From an uncultured Pseudomonadota bacterium (GTDB lineage Bacteria; Babelota; Babeliae; Babelales; JAUPTZ01): 64,000 bases of DNA. The notes beneath the pieces are model-generated. The model was not told the DNA's origin, ran no database searches, and saw nothing but the letters and a program-made list of their open reading frames with translations. The position numbers were made by a program, and so were the translations under genes. The stretch covers positions 201,776-265,775 of the forward strand of contig CAYSBJ010000001.1 in assembly GCA_964429275.1 (NCBI GenBank), written 5' to 3'. Shown one piece after another: positions 16,507 through 25,218 of this stretch. Within the stretch, counting starts at the first letter, position 1. Each line of letters opens with the position of its first letter.

Positions 16507-17538
16507 CTACGAGGCGTTAGCTTGTCGGTCCTTTTTTATTTTTTCTATGCTTTGGCGTATTAGAATTGCCAAGAACCTACGAGTTGGTTCGTGTTGTAGA
16601 GCTTCGTATAGGCGTTCGCTTGAAAGTGTACGTATAAGTGATTTTTCAAAGGCAATTGCCTCGGTACTTGTGTATTTATGGTACGCAGCATCCCATAGGG
16701 TGCCAATAACTCGAGGTATGTTGTTTCGGTTTGCCCATACGGTACCAAGGCTTGCTTTAATTGGCTTCTCATCTTCAGCTTTTATGGCTTGTGGATGAGC
16801 GATGAGTCGTATCATCTCATTGAATCTATGAGTGCCATTTTTTTTATCCAGTTCGATTACTTCTTTGATGCGTAGTACTAGGATTTTTTCATCACTCGGC
16901 GGCTTGTTTGGCTCGCTGAGTCTGTCCTTGCGGAGTGCTACTGCAATCCCACGACAAATCTTTGTAAGTAAACGGGGATCGTTCGCGTCAAAATCTTTGT
17001 TAATAGCAGCAAGCGTGTCAGTGATATCTTTTGCTTTATCATCTACTTTAGTGAATTTTTTATAGAGATGACGTACAAGGAATAGGCTTGCCCCAATGCT
17101 CACCCCGATGCCAACGTTGCGCCAAAAACGCCAAAACGTGCCTTGCATCATTGTACGGAGGGCGGTTACGAGCTCATCAGGCCCGTTAATACTGTTTTGC
17201 CGTGTAGCAAGGGCTGCATGAAGCCGTTCGCGAGTAGTACTGAGTATAAGATGAAAAAGGTTTTCTTTTGTGCTCGGCAAAAGAAGCTGGCGATCTAGGG
17301 TTTGCCGTAAATCAGTTGTCATCGTCGTTAAAATTCGCGTAACTGATTCATCACCTTCTTCATACATTTCATTGAAAAGGCGCAGTGCTTTTGCTTTTGC
17401 TTCTGCTGCAGCATCGTTAGTTGTTCTAACGTGGCTTATGAAGTCGATGAAGTCTTTGGATGTTCCCACCAGTGGTTGTGAGTATGCGACGGGAAAAAGA
17501 ATTAGCGAGACAGTCAAAAACGGCCTGGAACGCATCAT
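16507..17538 (-). CDS. exported single-TM protein, local paralog family (343 aa)
   Basis: Signal peptide, a helical N-domain (AKAKALRLFNEMYEEGD...), and a central TM helix (FWRFWRNVGIGVSIGASLFLV). Aligns over its full length with the 17535-18359 product. Confidence 0.6.
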   Translation of the reverse strand: MMRSRPFLTVSLILFPVAYSQPLVGTSKDFIDFISHVRTTNDAAAEAKAKALRLFNEMYEEGDESVTRILTTMTTDLRQTLDRQLLLPSTKENLFHLILSTTRERLHAALATRQNSINGPDELVTALRTMMQGTFWRFWRNVGIGVSIGASLFLVRHLYKKFTKVDDKAKDITDTLAAINKDFDANDPRLLTKICRGIAVALRKDRLSEPNKPPSDEKILVLRIKEVIELDKKNGTHRFNEMIRLIAHPQAIKAEDEKPIKASLGTVWANRNNIPRVIGTLWDAAYHKYTSTEAIAFEKSLIRTLSSERLYEALQHEPTRRFLAILIRQSIEKIKKDRQANAS

Positions 17539-18359
17539 TTCTTTTGATTTTCGCTAGGATTTAAGAGTGGCGGCAGCATTCCCGCCACCTCACGGAATAG
17601 CTTGTCATCAGTGTTTTTTAGGTGGGTAAAGATTTCAGCTAATAGCTTGAGTAGGCCCGGCTCTTTGTTGCTGCCCGGATTCGTTCTTTCTTTGCGGAGC
17701 GCTTCGCTTATTTCGTAGACCAAGAAAGTCAAGGTGTTTTTATCCTGCGGGTCGTATGGTTTATTCAGTACTGTTACTAGGTCCATAGCTTTTGAGAGGG
17801 TGTTTGGCTGATTAAATTTTCTATAAACATAATAGATTAGGCCAATACCCGCGCCAACACCAACAACGGCGAATACTTTGCGCCAGAAGTCGCCAAACGT
17901 CGGATTTAAGGCGGTGTAGATGGCCTCAGAGAGTTCGCCGGGGTGCGTTGTGATTGCCGATTGATTTTTGAGGGCGCCTTGCAACCGTTCTTCGGAAAAT
18001 CGCAGGATCATTAATATAAGGCGTTCCTTGTTGCCAGGCAGCAGAAATGGGCGATTCTTCAGTACATGGTCGAGTTCTTTAGCCATATGAGCCAGAAGTC
18101 CTTGGATTTCCGGCGAGCCATCCTTATACATTTCGGTGAAAAGGCGTACCGCTTTTGCTTTAGCCGCCGATGATTGCGGTGTTGCATTGCGGGTGCTGCT
18201 CATGAGCCCCATAAAGCTTTTCACTGGTGTTGAGAGTGCTTCTCCGAGTGCTGACTCTTGTGTGCTGTAGAGCACCTGGTCAGCGGCCGGCGGCAGGTTG
18301 CCGTCAGCGATCAGGGGTAGGCATGTTAGGAGGGTAAGGGATGCAAATAATCTCTTCAT
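17535..18359 (-). CDS. exported single-TM protein, local paralog family (274 aa)
   Basis: Signal peptide MKRLFASLTLLTCLPLIA. Carries AKAKAVRLFTEMYKDGS and a TM helix (FGDFWRKVFAVVGVGAGIGLIYYV). ATGA start/stop overlap with the downstream paralog. Confidence 0.6.
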   Translation of the reverse strand: MKRLFASLTLLTCLPLIADGNLPPAADQVLYSTQESALGEALSTPVKSFMGLMSSTRNATPQSSAAKAKAVRLFTEMYKDGSPEIQGLLAHMAKELDHVLKNRPFLLPGNKERLILMILRFSEERLQGALKNQSAITTHPGELSEAIYTALNPTFGDFWRKVFAVVGVGAGIGLIYYVYRKFNQPNTLSKAMDLVTVLNKPYDPQDKNTLTFLVYEISEALRKERTNPGSNKEPGLLKLLAEIFTHLKNTDDKLFREVAGMLPPLLNPSENQKK

Positions 18360-18829
18360 GCCGGGTGATAATTCCTTGTTTCTAAGTGTTATAAGCTATC
18401 GAAGTTTCGGCGCCCTAATCTGTTCGCCTAAGGGCTTTTGGTCAATACTTTGAACGTTTTGCCGCGGTTACGCTGGCCTCTGCTTTTGCAGGGAGGCGGT
18501 GCGGGCGATTGGTGACTTATCTTGGTTAGTGTAGTAAAAAATTGAGAAAATGGCGAATTGCCCCGGCCGAGGGCCTTTTTTGGGGGTTAAAGGGATTAGA
18601 GTGGGCGGGGAGCAAGATCTAGTTTTGTATCTGCGAGAGCAGCGGGCCAGGCTGCCCCAAGGAGCGAGTTCGGCTTTTTGCATAGCAAAAAACGCATGTT
18701 TGAGCGGGAGGGGTAGTCCTGGACGTGCGTAGCAGCTATTATTTGTTTTGGAACGAGCGCCCTCGGTCCCTTGTCTTTCCCCCTCTATTTTGAGACCCTT
18801 GCCCCAGAATTAATTTTCAGGAGGTTGAT

Positions 18830-19342
18830 ATGCAAATTCTTAAGAAAGCATTGTGTGGGTTGTTGGTCGTAGGGATAGTATGGGCTACGCCAGTGCTGGG
18901 GGCGGATGAGCATCGGAAGAGCTTTCGCTACAGAGATGTTGCGTATAGCCAAGTGCAAGGTTGCAAGGAGTGTATGGATTTTTGTGAGGGGACTTATTGT
19001 TGGTGCTTTGCAACTTGCATTCCGGGCTGCTGTGGGATTTCTATTGCAGAATCTTGCTCCGATAGTATACAGGACATGTGCGGATGTGATTCGTCGCCTT
19101 GTGAGAGGTGCCGTGCTTTTCTGTGTATGAGCTGCTGTTGGTCATGTTTTATTCTGATCCATTGTGCAAATATGTGTTGTGGCGGGGCCAATGGTCGTGA
19201 GTGGGAATGCGACGGATGTCAGCGTGTCTGCTGTGAACATCATTGCTGTTGTTGTCGAGACAAGAGAAAGCAATACCTTGTTGGCGACAAATATGCGGTG
19301 CTACCTGGCGGCAAGCCTCCGGTTATGGAAAGCATGAAGTGA
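18830..19342 (+). CDS. exported cysteine-rich protein (about 29 Cys in 170 aa)
   Basis: AGGAGG RBS and signal peptide ...VWATPVLG|ADE. Contains CC, CCCC and CxxC clusters (CCEHHCCCCRD). Confidence 0.6.
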   Translation: MQILKKALCGLLVVGIVWATPVLGADEHRKSFRYRDVAYSQVQGCKECMDFCEGTYCWCFATCIPGCCGISIAESCSDSIQDMCGCDSSPCERCRAFLCMSCCWSCFILIHCANMCCGGANGREWECDGCQRVCCEHHCCCCRDKRKQYLVGDKYAVLPGGKPPVMESMK

Positions 19343-19378
19343 GAGGGGGTTGCAGGAGCAGGGAGCAGATCCTTGCTC

Positions 19379-21601
19379 CTACGATTGTGTTGCTATTGCT
19401 CTGGCAGTTTCCTGATGTTCGATAGGGTCAAGTATTTCCCTTATTTGTTTTATTAAATCTTGTACCTGGTCTGTTTTTAACATATCTATGCTTGCGCATT
19501 TTTTGAGAATAATGCTGCGCTGAGCTATCTCTTTTGGCTCTGTTAAGTGTGTAGCACGAAGTTTATTAACTTCTTTTTGGAGAGTCGCTAAGCGATAATT
19601 TTTGATTTTAGTAAGGACCGCAGTTGAGTTAGTTTTTAGGAATCTGCTTGTACTGTGGATAGTGTCGGCAACTTGTCCTAACTTCTCGTCTCCCCAATTC
19701 TTAACATCTTGAAGTTCACTTTTAATACCTTCAAGCTCTTTAGTTACCAAGGTTGCCAGCTGCTCCAGCGGAATTCCCCCCTCACGACTTATCTTACTCA
19801 ACGTCGTGAACAAATGCGAAGCTCCCGAAAGCGGCGGATACACCTGGTTTTTCTTTGCTTTGAAGACCGGTTGCCCATCAACCATCTTCTGAGTCCCATC
19901 TGGCAGTAGCACAGGGCATTCTATCATGGTTTCCCATGCCTCGTTCTTATCTCGCAAGTAGTATTCCATATGGTTTTCATCCGAATAATAGCCAACGCCC
20001 GGCTTGAGTGTTGCGTCTTCTTTGCTGACTGAGAGCCCTTCGTTATACAGCCATTGGCGCAGGTCTCGTTGGCCATTTGCCAGTGTACTTGCAATGGTTT
20101 GTAAGAGCTCCTCGCTAGCAGACCCTGGTGCGGTGATGCTGCTGATGCCAAGAAACAGCTTGTCGATGACGGAAGCCGGCGGGTAGGCAGGATCTATTTC
20201 CGCGGCACCCGTTGTAACATCCCTCTTGAGATAATAAATGCGATTATCTTTGGTATTCCAGTGAACACTAACGCCGGGCAGGAGGGCAGTTGGATCGGTG
20301 GCATCTTGGGCGACCAAACCTTCGCTCTTGAGCCAGTTCAGGGCATCATTCCTGTTGCGCTTCAGTTCACTATCAAGGGTGCCGAGGAAGCCTTTAATGG
20401 TCTTATCCTGGAGAGCATTCACTAAGCCGGTAGCAGCGGTGACCGTTTGTTCCATGAGGTTTCGTGGTGGCAAGAAAGTTGGATGTAGGTGTCCAGTTCT
20501 CTCGTTTCTCCAAAGTTTGTGGTGAATCATAAATGCTTTGAGTGCGTCGCCGGTGGTAGGGACTTTTGCTGGTGGTACCGTTACGCTGGAGACGTAACGC
20601 ATTTCATATATTCCCGGTTCAACCTCTACTTTTTTAAAGTGTTCATGGGGGTTTTCTGTTGGAATTCTGTGGGCAATAAACCAGGCCCGTTGTTGATTGG
20701 CGCTTTCACTCATGTTGTCCACGACGCGGCTAACAAGTGGTTTGAGTTCTTCACCCAGGCGGAGGGCCCGGTCGCCAAAACCCTCAGGGGTAGAGACCCA
20801 TTGTTCTACTTTTTTATCTGGGTTGGTGCGATACGATTCTTTTACCAAATATTCTGGTCGGCCAGTGGTGTGGCTATACCGTATTTTTAGTTTGCCGTTT
20901 GGATCGCGCTCGATTGTTTCGTTAAACGCATCTTTTATTCGTTGGTTTTCTGCGACGCTATCATTTACGTGAGCAAGGATTTTAAAGGTGTTGGCAGTGT
21001 TATTTTTAAAATGCTGCCACAGATTATTTTTATACGCATACAAGCCGCCACCGGCTAGTGCCGATAGAGCAACGATACGTTTCCATGGCAGACGCCTCAA
21101 TTTATCACTGACCCCTAAGAGTGTTGGTGTCAGGCTTATGATGAGATGACGAGATAATTTTTGTGCTTTCTCTTTGTCTTGTTTGCTATGAAGTGTTTTC
21201 ATAAGTTCGCTAAAAGCGCTTTGTAAAAAAGCGTGTATTAAGAGGGCTTTTTTCTCCGTTGACCAGTATTCTTTCTCCATGAGCTTGCCCAGCTTTGTGG
21301 TCATGGCCGTGAGGCTTTTTTTGGTTTCAAGAGAGCCGTTTGCGTAGAGGTCGTTAAAGTAAAACTGAGCGGAGGCGATATCGGTATGATATTGGCTTGT
21401 TTTGTCAAATTGGCTGCTGATGCTGGCCATAAATTGAGCGAAAAGAACAGGGGCTCTGTCTGTAAACTGCTCTAGGTTTTTTGCGCTGAAACCAGCAATG
21501 GCCTCGTCGGGGGTGCGGTTGATTGGGCCGAATTGTGTGAACGGCTCGGCAGTGACTGAATGACTAAGGAGCGGGATGAAAAGTAATAGAATTAATAGCA
21601 T
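19379..21601 (-). CDS. exported single-TM protein, long member of local paralog family (740 aa)
   Basis: GAGG RBS before the ATG at 21601 (MLLILLLFIPLLSHSVTA). The N-domain and TM helix are homologous to the 16507 and 17535 products. The C-terminal extension contains an internal duplication. Confidence 0.65.
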   Translation of the reverse strand: MLLILLLFIPLLSHSVTAEPFTQFGPINRTPDEAIAGFSAKNLEQFTDRAPVLFAQFMASISSQFDKTSQYHTDIASAQFYFNDLYANGSLETKKSLTAMTTKLGKLMEKEYWSTEKKALLIHAFLQSAFSELMKTLHSKQDKEKAQKLSRHLIISLTPTLLGVSDKLRRLPWKRIVALSALAGGGLYAYKNNLWQHFKNNTANTFKILAHVNDSVAENQRIKDAFNETIERDPNGKLKIRYSHTTGRPEYLVKESYRTNPDKKVEQWVSTPEGFGDRALRLGEELKPLVSRVVDNMSESANQQRAWFIAHRIPTENPHEHFKKVEVEPGIYEMRYVSSVTVPPAKVPTTGDALKAFMIHHKLWRNERTGHLHPTFLPPRNLMEQTVTAATGLVNALQDKTIKGFLGTLDSELKRNRNDALNWLKSEGLVAQDATDPTALLPGVSVHWNTKDNRIYYLKRDVTTGAAEIDPAYPPASVIDKLFLGISSITAPGSASEELLQTIASTLANGQRDLRQWLYNEGLSVSKEDATLKPGVGYYSDENHMEYYLRDKNEAWETMIECPVLLPDGTQKMVDGQPVFKAKKNQVYPPLSGASHLFTTLSKISREGGIPLEQLATLVTKELEGIKSELQDVKNWGDEKLGQVADTIHSTSRFLKTNSTAVLTKIKNYRLATLQKEVNKLRATHLTEPKEIAQRSIILKKCASIDMLKTDQVQDLIKQIREILDPIEHQETARAIATQS

Positions 21602-21628
21602 GATAACCTCGTTCTTTCTGGTGGCCTG

Positions 21629-21703
21629 CAGGTCATTGCGAGCGGAGCGCGGCAATCCAAGATGTACTTAGCTGGATTGCTTTGTTCCTCGCAATGACAG
21701 CTA
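21629..21703. repeat. nested-palindrome repeat, copy B
   Basis: Outer arms GTCATTGCGAG (21632-42) / CTCGCAATGAC (21688-98). Inner arms GCAATCCA (21652-59) / TGGATTGC (21673-80). Confidence 0.5.
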
Positions 21704-21839
21704 CCGCTGTCTACTTATTTCGGACTTATTTGACTATAGATATAAGCCAAACTAATCCTTTTAACAGTTTATTCTTTTATAAATATCGCAATCGCAGATG
21801 GGGAGAGTAAATACAATCGTATTGTTGTGGCAAAAAACA

Positions 21840-21848
21840 TGGTACAAT
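21840..21848 (+). promoter_or_regulatory. candidate extended -10 promoter element for pheT
   Basis: TGGTACAAT matches TGnTAnAAT and lies 45 nt upstream of the pheT ATG. A similar TGGTATCAT occurs upstream of uvrB (12748-12756). Confidence 0.3.
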
Positions 21849-21892
21849 CGCCGCTCGTTCTGACGGTTTTCTGGGTTATAAAGGATTTTTTC

Positions 21893-24226
21893 ATGAAAAT
21901 TTCACTCCGATGGTTGTGTGATCATATTGTTGGCTTGCCATGGCAGGCAGTTAGTATTGACCAGCTTACAGCTCGGTTCAATGCAAAAGTGGCAGAAATA
22001 GAGCATGTTGAGCATTTATCAGTGCCGATGGCATCATTTGAAGCAGTGCGAGTTGCGGCGGCAGATGCGCAGAAAGTTACCGTACAGTTTGCGTCAGGCG
22101 CTACCGCTTCTTTGCCTTTCCGCAGCGATGTGGCTCAATGTCATGATCCGCTTGCAGCCTATTTGGTGGTTACGGATGGCTCTGGCTACCGCTGGGTGGC
22201 ATTAAATGCCGTTGGACTGGACAAAGACGGGTTGATTCCGGCTCTCCATATTGCGCAGGCTGATCTTGCTGGTGGCTGGCGTTCTCAGTGGGAAGCAGAA
22301 GACATTATTTTGGATGTTGATAACAAGTCACTGACTCATCGTCCCGATATGTGGGGGCACCGTGGTTTTGCGCGTGAAGTTGCTGCATTGTTTGATACGA
22401 GCCTTATTGATGCAACACAATTTTGTGAAAAGATTTCGGTTGCGCAATCGCACTCGTCGGTTGTCGTGCGTAATGAAGCATCAGCTGCTTGTTCTGGCGT
22501 GGCAGGGCTCCGTGTAGATAGCATTGTGCAAACAGCTTGTGATGTACGCGCGACTAGCCGATTAATTAACATTGGTTACCGTCCGCGAAGTGCCGTTATT
22601 GATATGACAAATTATGCGATGGCTGACTGGGGTCATCCGATGCATGCGTATGATGCAGAGCGCATGAGTGAACACACTATTAATGTTCGTTTTGCTGAGG
22701 CGGGTGAAAAGTTGTTATTGTTGGATGACAGCAACATCAGTCTTGATGCACAAGATTTGGTAGTGACCGATGCTGAAAAAATTGTGGGGCTTGCCGGCAT
22801 TATGGGGGGCAAAAGTGACTCCGTATTACCAGCAACCACATCGCTCATCCTTGAAGCCGCTTGTTTTCATGCGTCAACAATTCGCCGCAGCGCCACGCGC
22901 CATAAATTGCGCAGCGAGAGCTCGCAGCGATTTGAGAAGACACTTGATCCAATGCAAATTGTGCCGGTACTGGAACGTTGCGTATCGCTTGCCCGCACCT
23001 GGGGAGTTGTGGAGAGTGCTATAACAAATCCGATTGTGTTGTTGGCGTCACCACGGCCAGCACTCACGTTGTCCGTTTCACATCGCTATATTGTTAATCG
23101 TATTGGTGCTGAACTTTCACCAACAAACATCGTTGATCTACTTACCAGCATTGATATTCCAACAACGCATGCCACGGTTGGTGATGATACGGTATATACC
23201 GTGGAGGTGCCGTCATATCGCGCGACGAAGGACATTTCTGGCCCGCATGACATTGTGGAAGAAGTAGCCCGCCTGTATGGCTTTAATAATATTATTCCGT
23301 GCATGCCGGCGGTGTTGCAGCGCGCCTCAAATTTACAACCGGTGATGCGGGAGCGCGCTATCAAAAATTATTTGGCATATGGTGCACAGATGCAAGAACA
23401 GCGTAATTATGCATTCTATAATCAGCAGCTGCTTACGCAACTTGGCTGGGAAGAGCCAGAGCGTTTAATTCTGAGAAACCCGGTTTCACAAGATGCATCA
23501 GCATTGGTCTCGTCACTCATTCCGCATTTGTTGGGCAATGTGATGGATAATATGGCTGATATCGATCAGTGTGCTTTTTTTGAATGGGGCACCGTGTGGC
23601 CGACTGGCAATGGGTCTGAGCGAAAAGAACTTGCCGGGGTTTGGTATGACAAACGAGGGTCGTTTGATTTCTATCAACTGAAGCACACAGTTATAGAAAT
23701 TTGTCGTCTTGCCGGGATTAAAATTTCCTGGCGTGTTGCACCGTTAATGCCAGAATTTCAGTGGCTTGGTCAATCGCCAGCAGCACTTGTTCTGCATGAA
23801 GGAGTCGTTATTGGGGTGCTTGGTAGTATTAACCCGGTAATGATCCAAAAAATGGGTGGCTTGCCAGAAAGCACCGGCTACGGCTTTGTGTTAAACGGTT
23901 CTTTATTGCAAAATCATCCCGCACCGCGGTATACAGTGGGCCAAATACGTAAATATCAACATTCTACCGTTGATGTGAGTGCACTGGTGCTTAAAACAAG
24001 TCATGTGGCTGATCTTGAAGCGCAGCTGCGTTCCTGCAGTGATCTTATCGAGGAAGTTCGTTTGATCGACTTCTTTGAAAAAAAAGAATGGATCGATCGT
24101 CGTTCTGTTGCCTTTCGCCTCACGTTGTCGCATCCAGAGCGCACACTAACGCGAGAAGAAGTTGAACAGATACGGGTCAAAGCGTTAGAAGTTCTTGCCG
24201 CAAATGGCGGCCAGCTGCGTGAATAG
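21893..24226 (+). CDS. pheT: phenylalanine--tRNA ligase beta subunit
   Basis: N-terminus MKISLRWL... and size are typical of bacterial PheT, with B3/4, B5 and C-terminal FDX-ACB-like regions. The listed start at 21827 (GTG) overlaps the promoter. Confidence 0.9.
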   Translation: MKISLRWLCDHIVGLPWQAVSIDQLTARFNAKVAEIEHVEHLSVPMASFEAVRVAAADAQKVTVQFASGATASLPFRSDVAQCHDPLAAYLVVTDGSGYRWVALNAVGLDKDGLIPALHIAQADLAGGWRSQWEAEDIILDVDNKSLTHRPDMWGHRGFAREVAALFDTSLIDATQFCEKISVAQSHSSVVVRNEASAACSGVAGLRVDSIVQTACDVRATSRLINIGYRPRSAVIDMTNYAMADWGHPMHAYDAERMSEHTINVRFAEAGEKLLLLDDSNISLDAQDLVVTDAEKIVGLAGIMGGKSDSVLPATTSLILEAACFHASTIRRSATRHKLRSESSQRFEKTLDPMQIVPVLERCVSLARTWGVVESAITNPIVLLASPRPALTLSVSHRYIVNRIGAELSPTNIVDLLTSIDIPTTHATVGDDTVYTVEVPSYRATKDISGPHDIVEEVARLYGFNNIIPCMPAVLQRASNLQPVMRERAIKNYLAYGAQMQEQRNYAFYNQQLLTQLGWEEPERLILRNPVSQDASALVSSLIPHLLGNVMDNMADIDQCAFFEWGTVWPTGNGSERKELAGVWYDKRGSFDFYQLKHTVIEICRLAGIKISWRVAPLMPEFQWLGQSPAALVLHEGVVIGVLGSINPVMIQKMGGLPESTGYGFVLNGSLLQNHPAPRYTVGQIRKYQHSTVDVSALVLKTSHVADLEAQLRSCSDLIEEVRLIDFFEKKEWIDRRSVAFRLTLSHPERTLTREEVEQIRVKALEVLAANGGQLRE

Positions 24227-24242
24227 CTGAAGAGAGGAGAGT

Positions 24243-24719
24243 ATGAGACTACAAAAATGTGACTGGATATTTGCGCTTACTACGGTAGGGGCGTTTATTG
24301 TTGATCGGCTGAGTAAGATTTATGCATTACAAAACCTGGTTGACAAAGATATCGTTTTGTTTTCCGGATGCAAATTTTCGTTGATTTTTAACACAGGCAT
24401 TAGTTTTAGTCTTTTTTCCTCGAGTTCAGGAATGATTTCTTGGGAGTTGACTTGTGTTATTGCCATCATCGTGGCACTCCTTATTGTGGGATGGCGTTAT
24501 TATGCTCTTACGCCATTGGCTGACGTTGGTTTTGGTTTAATCATTGGCGGCGCGGTTGGGAATTTTGTGGACCGTCTGGCAGTTGGCGGTGTAATTGATT
24601 TTATAGAACTGTATTATAGGCAGTGGTCATGGCCAACATTTAATGTGGCTGACATTGCGATTGTCATTGGATTCTTATTAATAGCTGGCGAGGCGTTGTA
24701 TGAAACAAAAAATCAGTAA
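24243..24719 (+). CDS. lspA: lipoprotein signal peptidase II
   Basis: Motifs 'FNTGISFS', 'GGAVGNFVDRL' and 'WPTFNVADIAI'. Four TM segments. Confidence 0.85.
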   Translation: MRLQKCDWIFALTTVGAFIVDRLSKIYALQNLVDKDIVLFSGCKFSLIFNTGISFSLFSSSSGMISWELTCVIAIIVALLIVGWRYYALTPLADVGFGLIIGGAVGNFVDRLAVGGVIDFIELYYRQWSWPTFNVADIAIVIGFLLIAGEALYETKNQ

Positions 24720-25185
24720 TATTGCGTACGTTATTGTATCTCTTGGATTAGTTGGCTTGGTGCCAGCAGCACGTGTCTGGGCGTCGCTTCTCGGTATTCC
24801 GTTGGTGTGGCTTTTCGCATGGCTAAATAATCTCACGCCATCCACCGGATTCATGGCTATGAGCGCGGTATTACTTGTTCTCTTTGGATTATCGTGGTAC
24901 GTGCGTCGTACTATTACTGAAGAACGTGAGGCAGATGTTGTGCTTGATCGTGTTGGTGGTGTAGTCATTGCGCTTTCTTGGTTGCCAAGCGTGACCATGA
25001 AATTTATGATTTTTGGTTTTTGCTTGTTTCATACTTGGCTCTTTATGAGTGTGTTAGCGCAACGCGTGTATGCATACGATAACAAGACTGCAACTGGTGG
25101 CGTAACGTTGAGCAGCGGAGAGATTTTTCTGGTTGCGTTGCTTACGAATGGAATGCTTCAGGCCTTGTGGTGGTTGGCGCATTAA
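24700..25185 (+). CDS. phosphatidylglycerophosphatase A-like membrane protein
   Basis: 'GLVGLVPAARVWASLLGIPL' resembles the PgpA 'G-x-P-x-APGTWGSL' N-terminal motif, and 'VVLDRVGGVVIAL' resembles 'IVIDEVxG'. Overlaps lspA by 20 nt. Confidence 0.45.
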   Translation: MKQKISNIAYVIVSLGLVGLVPAARVWASLLGIPLVWLFAWLNNLTPSTGFMAMSAVLLVLFGLSWYVRRTITEEREADVVLDRVGGVVIALSWLPSVTMKFMIFGFCLFHTWLFMSVLAQRVYAYDNKTATGGVTLSSGEIFLVALLTNGMLQALWWLAH

Positions 25186-25218
25186 CTAATGCGTTGACTG
25201 TAAGTTGGGGGCGGTGCA

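Noticed and set aside
18360-18829. tmRNA or SRP RNA in the GC-rich intergenic region (GGGGGUUAAAGGGAUUAGAG... superficially resembles a tmRNA 5' end).
   Set aside because: There is no tRNA-like 3' end (T-arm plus CCA-proximal acceptor), no resume-codon or tag ORF, and no SRP domain-IV GGAA/AGCA motif. The region is also too short for a tmRNA.
21827-21892. N-terminal extensions in the ORF track for pheT (21827), the OMP (32929), trpS (42972), the H1-like gene (44674), the permease (9610), the 740-aa paralog (21655), the second SBP (1869), GNAT-2 (12728), the lipoproteins (55781, 56440) and the 400-aa protein (61662).
   Set aside because: In each case an internal ATG with an RBS gives the canonical N-terminus or a clean signal peptide. 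The extension overlaps a promoter, a repeat element or an upstream gene.
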